A stretch of DNA of 64,000 nt from Dehalococcoidia bacterium (lineage in GTDB: Bacteria > Chloroflexota > Dehalococcoidia > Lucifugimonadales > UBA2985), in assembly GCA_963580875.1 (NCBI GenBank), contig CAUZMC010000002.1, positions 6,865-70,864 on the forward strand, given 5' to 3'. The notes below the pieces were generated by a model, which worked only from the letters and a program-made list of their open reading frames with translations, did no database searches and was not told the origin of the DNA. Within the stretch, counting starts at the first letter, position 1. Every line of letters starts with the position of its first letter. The position numbers were made by a program, and so were the translations under genes. Shown here one piece after another: positions 36,051-43,646 of this stretch.

Positions 36051-36079
36051 TATATTGTCAGTAAATTAAGGTCAATATA
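36051..36079. promoter_or_regulatory. imperfect inverted repeat in the divergent MarR / Mo-enzyme intergenic region (candidate operator)
   Basis: TATATTGTC-N11-GTCAATATA, with 8 of 9 arm positions complementary. The surrounding DNA is AT-rich, so a chance occurrence is plausible. Confidence 0.2.
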
Positions 36080-36189
36080 AATATTTGGATTTTTGAGGTT
36101 TAAAAAAAATGCATTTGTGGTACATTGGTGGTCAGTGAAAAAGGGATTTGGTATATTAGAATTAGCTCATAGTATTTTGCGGAGGGAAT

Positions 36190-38502
36190 ATGCTGGATTA
36201 TAAGCCAAACATTGTGTTGTCTAATAAGGAATTTAAAGTTGTAGGCACGAGGCCCATACGCCATGATGGATGGGACAAGGTGACGGGTCGTGCTAGGTAT
36301 GCCAATGACGTTGCCATGGCTGGCATGCTCTACGGGAAAATTCTGCGCAGTCCTCATGCCCATGCCATAATCAAAAAGATTGATTATAGCAAGGCTCTCA
36401 AATTGCCTGGTGTTCAGGCAGTGGTAACGGCCGAAGATATGCCGAACCTTTCTGCCAGACTGGTGGATCAGGAAGAGGGCGCAATGGCCAACACCGGATT
36501 TCGCAGTCGTAATGTCATGGCAAGAGAAAAGGCTCTTTATATTGGACATGCAATAGCGGCGGTGGCTGCTACAAGTCAGCACATTGCCGAAGAGGCTTTA
36601 GCACTTATAGATGTTGAGTACGAGGTGTTGACTCCGGTAATAACACCTGCCGCAGCCATGAAGGAAGATGCCCCTATTATTCATGAATTGTTGATCGCAA
36701 AGTCGAGCGCAAGTGGGCCTGGTGGATTGGGCGATGAACCAGCGGAGAAAGGCACCAATGTTGCCAATCGCTTCGAGTTTCGGCTTGGTGATACAGACGA
36801 AGGATTTAAAGAAGCCGACATTATAGTGGAGCGTGAGTTTCACACCAAGCGTGTACATCAAGGATACATAGAGCCACATGCAGCTACTGGAATGTGGGGC
36901 ATGGATGGATATGTGACCATATGGACGAGCACTCAGCAATTGTTTGGCGTGCGTGAGGACTGCGCAACGTTACTGGGATTGCCAACGTCAGGAGTAAAGA
37001 TCATACCAATGGAGATCGGCGGCGGCTTTGGAGCTAAGGGGACAAGCTACTTGCCAGCGGTGGTCGCTTTACTTTCCAAGAAAAGTGGCAAGCCGGTTAA
37101 GATTGCCATGAGTCGGACCGAGGTGTTCATGGCGACCGGCCCAACTTCCAGTGCTGACATCAAGGTCAAAATGGGAGTTAACAAAGATGGTCGGATAACC
37201 GCTGCAGAGGCACACTTGATTTACGAGGCAGGAGCTTTCCCAGGTTCATCTGTAGGTGGTGGAGCACGCTGTATGTTTACTCCCTACAACATACCTAACG
37301 GTTACATTGAGGCCTTTGATGTGTTATGTAACACTCCAAAAGTGGCTGCGTACCGTGCTCCTGGCGCTCCAATGGCCTCATTTGCAGTTGAGCAGGTCGT
37401 GGATGAGTTGAGCCAGAAACTCTCAATGGATCCTCTAGAGTTCCGTATGCTCAATGCGGCCAGTGAGGGGACACGACAGATTACAGGCCCACTGATAGGC
37501 AATGTTGGTCATATGGAGACCTTGGAAGCTACCAGAGCTCACCCACACTACTCAGCGCCGTTGGGAGGGCCCAACAGAGGTCGCGGTATAGCATCAGGCT
37601 TTTGGGGTAACGGCTCCGGTCCTGCAAGTGCCATAGCAAGTGTGAATGCGGACGGCAGCATAAGCCTTATAGAGGGTGCACCGGATGTTGGTGGAAGTAG
37701 AGCTGCAATGGCCATGCAAGTAGCTGAGGCGTTGGGAATAGCTTCTGAGGATATTAGACCTTCCATTGGAGACACGGACTCAATCGGTTTCAGTACAGGT
37801 GCGGGAGGAAGCGGCGTAACTCAGAAAGTTGGAGCCGCCTGCTATCTAGCCGCTCAGGATGTTAAACAGCAGATGGTGGTGCGGGCTGCCAAAATCTGGG
37901 ATATCCCCGCTGACGAAGTTGAGTATGAGGATGGCGTAATCAAAAGCAAGACGGACTCTGAATTGAAAATAACTTTCAAGGATTTGTCTGCTAAGCTGAA
38001 TGCAACCGGTGGCCCTGTCACAGGACGTGCCAACCTCAACCCTGGAGGAGCTGGGGCTGCCTTCGCTCTCAATATAGTAGACGTTGAAGTGGACCCAGAG
38101 ACTGGCAAAGTAACCATTCTTCGGTTCACGGCGATTCAGGACGTTGGTAAGGCCATTCACCCAAGTTATGTGGAAGGTCAGATCCAGGGTGCCTCGGTCC
38201 AGGGGATTGGATGGGCATTGAACGAGGAGTACTTCTATAACGACAATGGTCAGATGATGAATGCCAGCTTCCTTGACTATCGTATGCCGATAAGCTTGGA
38301 CTTGCCTATGATAGACACAGTGCTTGTGGAAGTTGCCAACCCCGGGCATCCATACGGTGTCCGTGGCGTCGGTGAGGTCTCTCTTGTTCCCGTGATGGGG
38401 GCAATTGCCAACGCAATTCAAAATGCCACGGGCGTTAGAATGACTAGCATGCCAATGTCCCCAGGACGTATAATGAAAGAGATAGACGAGGCAAGCAAAT
38501 AG
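36190..38502 (+). CDS. molybdopterin-binding large subunit of a xanthine dehydrogenase / aldehyde oxidase-family molybdenum hydroxylase
   Basis: 770 aa with GGAGGG upstream. The a/b-hammerhead N-terminus is VGTRPIRHDGWDKVTGRARYANDV..MLYGKILRSPHAHA.I..ID. Mo-cofactor blocks are GGGFGAK, AAYRAPGAPMASFAVEQVVDEL and GVGEVSLVPVMGAIANAI. It lacks the CODH-type VAYRCSFR/AYRGAGR loop. Confidence 0.9.
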   Translation: MLDYKPNIVLSNKEFKVVGTRPIRHDGWDKVTGRARYANDVAMAGMLYGKILRSPHAHAIIKKIDYSKALKLPGVQAVVTAEDMPNLSARLVDQEEGAMANTGFRSRNVMAREKALYIGHAIAAVAATSQHIAEEALALIDVEYEVLTPVITPAAAMKEDAPIIHELLIAKSSASGPGGLGDEPAEKGTNVANRFEFRLGDTDEGFKEADIIVEREFHTKRVHQGYIEPHAATGMWGMDGYVTIWTSTQQLFGVREDCATLLGLPTSGVKIIPMEIGGGFGAKGTSYLPAVVALLSKKSGKPVKIAMSRTEVFMATGPTSSADIKVKMGVNKDGRITAAEAHLIYEAGAFPGSSVGGGARCMFTPYNIPNGYIEAFDVLCNTPKVAAYRAPGAPMASFAVEQVVDELSQKLSMDPLEFRMLNAASEGTRQITGPLIGNVGHMETLEATRAHPHYSAPLGGPNRGRGIASGFWGNGSGPASAIASVNADGSISLIEGAPDVGGSRAAMAMQVAEALGIASEDIRPSIGDTDSIGFSTGAGGSGVTQKVGAACYLAAQDVKQQMVVRAAKIWDIPADEVEYEDGVIKSKTDSELKITFKDLSAKLNATGGPVTGRANLNPGGAGAAFALNIVDVEVDPETGKVTILRFTAIQDVGKAIHPSYVEGQIQGASVQGIGWALNEEYFYNDNGQMMNASFLDYRMPISLDLPMIDTVLVEVANPGHPYGVRGVGEVSLVPVMGAIANAIQNATGVRMTSMPMSPGRIMKEIDEASK

Positions 38503-38518
38503 ACACGGGAAGGTAACT

Positions 38519-38788
38519 ATGCCAGAAGTATGGATGTCACCAAGAATGCAGAGGTTTAGTGGTGGAAAAGAGAAGGTTCAGGTAGTAGGTGCTACCGTAC
38601 GTCAGGTTGTTAACAACCTGGAAAAAGAGTACCCGGGTATCAAAGGTGAGTTGTGCGAAGAAGAGGATATCGATCCTGGTATAGCGGTGGTTATAGATGG
38701 TGAAACATCAAACCTTGGCATGCTTGAACGCGTGAATGAAGACAGCGAGATCCACTTTATTCCGGCTATGTCGGGTGGCTCAGACTGA
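38519..38788 (+). CDS. MoaD/ThiS-family ubiquitin-like (beta-grasp) protein with a two-residue extension after the Gly-Gly
   Basis: 89 aa with GGAAGG upstream. It has the MoaD-like layout (..VQVVGATVRQVVNNLEKEYPGIKGEL ... IAVVIDGE ... EDSEIHFIPAMSGG) and ends in GG-SD. Confidence 0.7.
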   Translation: MPEVWMSPRMQRFSGGKEKVQVVGATVRQVVNNLEKEYPGIKGELCEEEDIDPGIAVVIDGETSNLGMLERVNEDSEIHFIPAMSGGSD

Positions 38789-38813
38789 AATCGCTTTTTC
38801 AGAGTAGGTTTCT

Positions 38814-38850
38814 AATACAGGGTGGCTAAGCAGCCACCCTGTATTAGTTT
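38814..38850 (+). terminator. intrinsic-terminator-like hairpin after the Mo-enzyme/MoaD-like pair
   Basis: AATACAGGGTGGCT-AAGC-AGCCACCCTGTATT is a perfect 14-bp stem, followed by AGTTT. The T-tract is weak. Confidence 0.6.
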
Positions 38851-38941
38851 GAACGGTATGATATCGGCCAGTTTACACTACCGATCTTGAATGATACTCT
38901 GAGAATGTAACGGAATCTCCATACCCCAGTTAATCATTTAT

Positions 38942-40240
38942 TTGCAAAGGAAACTAAGTATAACTGTGCCTGTAAAAAAGAAAATCTTCTATGGATGGTA
39001 CATTGTAGCTGGTAGTGTCGGGCTTAATTTTTACCTATCCATTGTGTTCTTCCAGGGATTCCAGGTGTTCTTCCTTCCAATTCTCCAAGAGTTCGGATGG
39101 ACCAGGGCAATGACCTCCGGAGCGTTTTCACTGCGTCAACTTGAGAGCGGCCTTTTGGCCCCCGTGATCGGTTTTCTTGTGGATCGGTGGGGTGCTAAGG
39201 TAGTCATCGTGACGGGTGTGATTGTAGGTGGGCTGGGAATGATTATGATTGGCTATGCCAATTCTCTCTTTACATTCTATCTAGCCTTCCTGATTACTTC
39301 GTTGGGAGTGAGCGGTGCTTCTCATGGCGTTTCCTGGGCAGTTGCCGTTGCCAACTGGTTTAACAAGCTACGTGGACGTGCATTGGGAATTGCAATGCTA
39401 GGTCCTGTGATAGGAGGCCCGTTCATAGTTCTAGTAACAGTACTAGAAGGACTGCTTGGATGGCGCGTATCTATGATAGTAATGGGAACTGGGCTGATTG
39501 TTGTGGGTGTCCCGCTTGGTTTTGTGGCACGCTCCAGACCGGAACCCTATGGATACCTCCAAGATGGAGCTACGCCAGACGAAACAGGCGAATGGGAGGA
39601 AACTGAAGCAGGTAAAAGCGTGCCAGCAATTGTCGAAGCTTTAGAAGGATTCACGGTGAGACAGGCTGTTAACACACGTGATTTCTGGGTCCTCATAATT
39701 CTGTTTGCTGCTGTATTCATGGGTATTAGCGGTCTGATGGTACATCTAATACCCATGCTTGAGGACATGGACTATAGTTCTGCACAGGCGGCGAGCATTC
39801 TGGGCATTATGTTTCTGCTCAGTGGGATAGGTAGAATTAGCTCCGGATTTTTGGCTGACATGATTGATTTCAGAGTGGTCATGGCCGGCCTCATATTATT
39901 CCAATTGGTAGGACTGTTTCTTCTCACCTTGGTTGGACCTTCCCAAATCTGGCTTGTGGGCTTGTTTATACTGCTCTTCGGTATAGGTTTCGGTGGCACC
40001 ATACCCCTTCGCCCATTTCTCATCATGCAGATATTTGGAGCACGTTCATTTGGATCTCTCCAGGGATTGGTGCAGGGAGGCGCAATCGGTGCTGGGATGA
40101 TGGGACCGGTTTTCTACGGTTGGATCTTCGACACCACGGGCTCATACAATATTGCTATATATGTTTCCATTGCAACAATCCTGATGGCTTTTCCTCTACT
40201 ATTTTTGATGAAGAAACCACAGTCTGTGTCAACATGTTAA
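38942..40240 (+). CDS. MFS transporter, oxalate/formate-antiporter-like (OFA/monocarboxylate type)
   Basis: 432 aa with a TTG start; the exact start is uncertain. N-terminus is FYGWYIVAGSVGLNFY and the loop is GFLVDRWGAK. About 12 hydrophobic helices are split by a central acidic loop. Confidence 0.82.
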   Translation: MQRKLSITVPVKKKIFYGWYIVAGSVGLNFYLSIVFFQGFQVFFLPILQEFGWTRAMTSGAFSLRQLESGLLAPVIGFLVDRWGAKVVIVTGVIVGGLGMIMIGYANSLFTFYLAFLITSLGVSGASHGVSWAVAVANWFNKLRGRALGIAMLGPVIGGPFIVLVTVLEGLLGWRVSMIVMGTGLIVVGVPLGFVARSRPEPYGYLQDGATPDETGEWEETEAGKSVPAIVEALEGFTVRQAVNTRDFWVLIILFAAVFMGISGLMVHLIPMLEDMDYSSAQAASILGIMFLLSGIGRISSGFLADMIDFRVVMAGLILFQLVGLFLLTLVGPSQIWLVGLFILLFGIGFGGTIPLRPFLIMQIFGARSFGSLQGLVQGGAIGAGMMGPVFYGWIFDTTGSYNIAIYVSIATILMAFPLLFLMKKPQSVSTC

Positions 40241-40359
40241 ATGTGAAGTTTCTGATATTATCTGTCTGATGTATCCATAAAAAGCTTCTATGATGTAGAA
40301 TTACGACTCTTATGGCGATATTTGAATGGCCAAATCGTCCGTCATGAAGGAGGTGTGGT

Positions 40360-41487
40360 TTGGCACTTGAAATAGATGCAGAGAGAGTCCTTGTTGACGC
40401 CAAACAACTTGAGCAGTTCGTCGTCACTGTATTTATAACGCTTGGATTAACAGAGGCCAACGCTCGTGATGCGGCTATTGTCCTTGTTAAATCTGATATC
40501 TACGGTATAGAGTCCCATGGAGTGCCGAGGCTGGCTGGCTACGTGAACCGGCTCAAAAGCGGTGCTTTACAGGCTAATCCTGAGGTTATTGTTGTCCGTG
40601 AACTGCCATCAACGGCGCTTATGGATGGAGGCAATGGACTGGGAATGATTGTGGGTCAGCGCGCCATGGAAGTGGCAATCAGCAAGGCCAATGACACTGG
40701 GGCTGGTTTTGTATCTGTACGAAACAGCTCTCATTTTGGTATAGCGGGCTTTTATGCCAGAATGGCTCTTGAGCATGACATGATCGGCTTTTGTATGACA
40801 AACGTTGGCAACGGCGGGAATACTCCCCCAACCGGGGGGAGCACAGGGTTCTTTGGAACCAATCCTATAGCGGTGGCTGCTCCGACCGAGACGCCTCCGG
40901 CCTTCGTGATGGACTTTGCAACTACGGTAGTGGCATCAGGGAAGCTTCAGATTGCTCAGAGACGCAACCATGAGGTACCTCTTGGATGGATCATTAATGG
41001 CGATGGGATTCCTTCTACAAACCCTGCCGAACGGCACGGTGGAGGCTACATTCTTCCACTTGGCGGCCTGAGTGAGACCAGCGGCCATAAGGGATATGGT
41101 TTCCTTCTCCTAGTGGATATCCTTTCTGGTGTCCTTTCAGGTGCCGCGGTTGGGGCTACAGCCTCCAAGTTGGCTACGGAAGGTGTAGAATACGAACGTT
41201 CGCGCTCAGATGGTGCTGGAGACAATACGGGCCATTTTTTCGGAGCGTTGCGCGTGGACGGTTTCCGTCCTGTTGAGGAGTTTAAGGCAGAGATGGATGA
41301 GATGTTTCGCGTTATACGTAGATCTGAGAAGTTGCCAGGATGGGAGCGCATCTACGTTCACGGTGAGATGGAGTGGGAAGCGGAGCGTGACCGTCTTGCC
41401 AATGGAATCCCTTTGGACTTGCCCACATATAAATCACTTGAGGGAGTCTCTGCTGACTTGAACATTCCGTTGAATGTAAAAATATAA
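40360..41487 (+). CDS. Ldh_2-family oxidoreductase (malate / L-sulfolactate / ureidoglycolate dehydrogenase family)
   Basis: 375 aa with a TTG start after GGAGGTG. Family blocks are SDIYGIESHGVPRLAGYV, VRNSSHFGIAGFYA, GTNPIAVAAP and LPLGG...HKGYG. Confidence 0.82.
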   Translation: MALEIDAERVLVDAKQLEQFVVTVFITLGLTEANARDAAIVLVKSDIYGIESHGVPRLAGYVNRLKSGALQANPEVIVVRELPSTALMDGGNGLGMIVGQRAMEVAISKANDTGAGFVSVRNSSHFGIAGFYARMALEHDMIGFCMTNVGNGGNTPPTGGSTGFFGTNPIAVAAPTETPPAFVMDFATTVVASGKLQIAQRRNHEVPLGWIINGDGIPSTNPAERHGGGYILPLGGLSETSGHKGYGFLLLVDILSGVLSGAAVGATASKLATEGVEYERSRSDGAGDNTGHFFGALRVDGFRPVEEFKAEMDEMFRVIRRSEKLPGWERIYVHGEMEWEAERDRLANGIPLDLPTYKSLEGVSADLNIPLNVKI

Positions 41488-41497
41488 GGAGGAAAAT

Positions 41498-42421
41498 ATG
41501 AAACTGGTGCTATTCGGTGAAGATTTTAGGCTTGGAGTTCTTCATGGAGAGACTGTTGTAGACGCTTCCTCTGTGGCTAATGAGATACCACATTATACGC
41601 CTCAGGATATGATGAACCGACTCATTGAGGATTTTGACAAATATAGAAGTGCCTTGGAGCGTCTGGCGGGTAGTTCTTCTGGTGTGCCCGTTGGCGAAGT
41701 ACGTCTTCGTGCGCCGCTACCACGTCCGGCGAGATTGGCGTGCATGGCGGTAAACTACATGGAGAGTGAGGCACAGACTGAGCCTCCTCCAATCAACGCC
41801 TTTAACAAGTCGTCTAGTAGTGTAATTGGCAATGGGGACACAGTAGTGCTTCCAGATATCCCTGCTACTATCTTTGAGCATGAAGCGGAACTGGGCATCG
41901 TTATAGGTAAGAGAGCCAGTGCTATAAAGGAAAAGGATGCCTACAATCATATATTTGGCTACGTTAACTTCATGGATGTCTCAAGCCGTGGGGTTGGTCC
42001 TGCCGGACGTGACAGTTTCTTCATAGGCAAATCATGGGACACATTTGGACCAATGGGACCAGCCTTGGTAACAGCGGATGAAGTAGCAGACCCACTAGAC
42101 CTGCCAGTACGGCTGAGTGTTCAGGGAGATCTCAGGCAGGACTATCGCACCAGCGGCATGGCTCATAAGATTCCAGAGATGTTGGAGTGGATTACTTGTA
42201 TCACTACTCTTGAGCCGGGTGACGTGGTTGCGTGTGGGACTAACCATCGTGGGCTTGGCCCCCTTCAGGACGGTGATACCGTTGAGATGGAGATCAGTAA
42301 CTTTGGCAAACTCACAGTTAACGTGACAGATGTAAAGAAGCGGCTATGGCCGCGTGAGACACGCGCTCAGAAAGAAGCTCTGGAAGCAGAGAGAGGAAAT
42401 AGGGTTTTTAAAAAAACCTAG
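41498..42421 (+). CDS. fumarylacetoacetate hydrolase (FAH)-family protein (2-keto-4-pentenoate hydratase / oxaloacetate-type decarboxylase-like)
   Basis: 307 aa with AGGAGG upstream. FAH C-terminal domain blocks are present (CMAVNY, FEHEAELGIVIGKRA, IFGYVNFMDVSSR, GKSWDTFGPMGPALVT, GDVVACGT). Confidence 0.82.
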   Translation: MKLVLFGEDFRLGVLHGETVVDASSVANEIPHYTPQDMMNRLIEDFDKYRSALERLAGSSSGVPVGEVRLRAPLPRPARLACMAVNYMESEAQTEPPPINAFNKSSSSVIGNGDTVVLPDIPATIFEHEAELGIVIGKRASAIKEKDAYNHIFGYVNFMDVSSRGVGPAGRDSFFIGKSWDTFGPMGPALVTADEVADPLDLPVRLSVQGDLRQDYRTSGMAHKIPEMLEWITCITTLEPGDVVACGTNHRGLGPLQDGDTVEMEISNFGKLTVNVTDVKKRLWPRETRAQKEALEAERGNRVFKKT

Positions 42422-42544
42422 ACCCGGTTCCCTTGCAACCCTGCCTAGGTTTAGTGCATAATCAGTTTGCCCGCTATGCATTTATTATGCTGGGAGTGGT
42501 GCATTATATGGAACCCTATAACTTTGATATGGAGGTAATTTATA

Positions 42545-42817
42545 TTGGCACATTTACTTATACGGTGCAAAGTTGAAAGCTATCCAAAATGGCGACCTGT
42601 ATTCAACGAGGGTGATGCAGCGCGCGTTGCAGCCGGCCAGATAGGAACACCCCAAGTGTTCCGCAGCGGTGATGACCCTTGGGAGATTGTGGTGCTAATG
42701 GAGTGGGATGAGCTGGAGAGGGCCCGACAGTTTGTTGTATCACCGGAATTAGAAGCCGTTATGAAGAGCTCTGGCGTGGCTGACATTCCCACTATTACTT
42801 TCCTGTCGCAGGTCTAA
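42545..42817 (+). CDS. small hypothetical protein, possibly a dimeric alpha/beta-barrel (ABM-like) fold
   Basis: 90 aa with a TTG start 8 nt after GGAGGT. The pattern HLLIRCKVESYPKWRPVF......R...G......FR..DDP.EIVVLMEWD.LE.A..F resembles small barrel proteins. The family assignment is tentative. Confidence 0.45.
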   Translation: MAHLLIRCKVESYPKWRPVFNEGDAARVAAGQIGTPQVFRSGDDPWEIVVLMEWDELERARQFVVSPELEAVMKSSGVADIPTITFLSQV

Positions 42818-42889
42818 AGGGAATTTCACAACCGCCCCCCACTTACGTGGAGAGAGGTGACCGTACAGATTTACGGGTAAAGGGTTCTT

Positions 42890-43609
42890 TTGCAAATTAC
42901 GGATAACCCCTCTGCTATACCAATATGTCTCTTTGCTAGGCTTGGTCTTCTGGATTACCATGAAGTGTGGGAAGCACAGAAGGACATTGCTAAGCGAAGA
43001 AACGACGGTTTTGCACCTGATACACTTATTCTCTTGGAACATCCACACACCTACACATTGGGTCGTATGGGCAAACTTTCGGACGTGCTTTTGGACGAGC
43101 CGACTCTTGAGAGAATGGGCATTCAGGTTTGTCATGTCGACAGAGGCGGCGAAGTAACCTACCATGGGCCAGGACAGATTGTGGGCTACCCAATAGTTGA
43201 TGTGAGGCCCCTGAGAGGACCAGTTGCGTACGTACGTACGCTAGAGGCAGTGCTCGTTCATACACTGGGAGACTTTGGTCTGGAAGCCAGTCGGAAGGAC
43301 AACCTTACAGGGGTATGGGTGGGGAACGAGAAGATTGCTGCCATTGGTGTTAAAATTAGCCATGGTATCACCACTCATGGATTTGCTCTTAATGTAAACC
43401 CTGACCTGTCGTACTTCCAGCATATAGTGCCGTGTGGCATTCGTGGCATGCGAGTTACATCTATGGAGCGTCTACTTGGAGGGCCAGTAGACTTGAAAGA
43501 AGTCTCCATGAGTCTGACTCACAATTTTGGGATGTTGTTTGGCAGAACTATGAAGAAGGCGGCTGGTCAAGTCTTACACCCACAGTTGGCTGGTGTTGCG
43601 CTGGTTTGA
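42890..43609 (+). CDS. lipB: lipoyl(octanoyl) transferase
   Basis: LLEHPHTYTLGRMG, DRGGEVTYHGPGQIVGYPI, KIAAIGVKISHGITTHGFALNV. The start is uncertain (TTG at 42890). Confidence 0.88.
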   Translation: MQITDNPSAIPICLFARLGLLDYHEVWEAQKDIAKRRNDGFAPDTLILLEHPHTYTLGRMGKLSDVLLDEPTLERMGIQVCHVDRGGEVTYHGPGQIVGYPIVDVRPLRGPVAYVRTLEAVLVHTLGDFGLEASRKDNLTGVWVGNEKIAAIGVKISHGITTHGFALNVNPDLSYFQHIVPCGIRGMRVTSMERLLGGPVDLKEVSMSLTHNFGMLFGRTMKKAAGQVLHPQLAGVALV

Positions 43610-43646
43610 TAGTTCTGTCTTTACGACTTCTTACTTAATCAGACGT

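Noticed and set aside
36100-36582. A 160-aa minus-strand ORF spans the MarR/Mo-enzyme intergenic region and the first 390 nt of the Mo-enzyme gene.
   Set aside because: It overlaps the confidently called Mo-hydroxylase N-terminus on the other strand. It has no SD and no recognisable motif, so it is likely a shadow ORF.
42422-42470. A possible terminator follows the FAH gene (AAACCTAG ... CTAGGTTT).
   Set aside because: The stem is only 8 bp, the loop is about 23 nt, and there is no T-tract, so the evidence is too weak to call.
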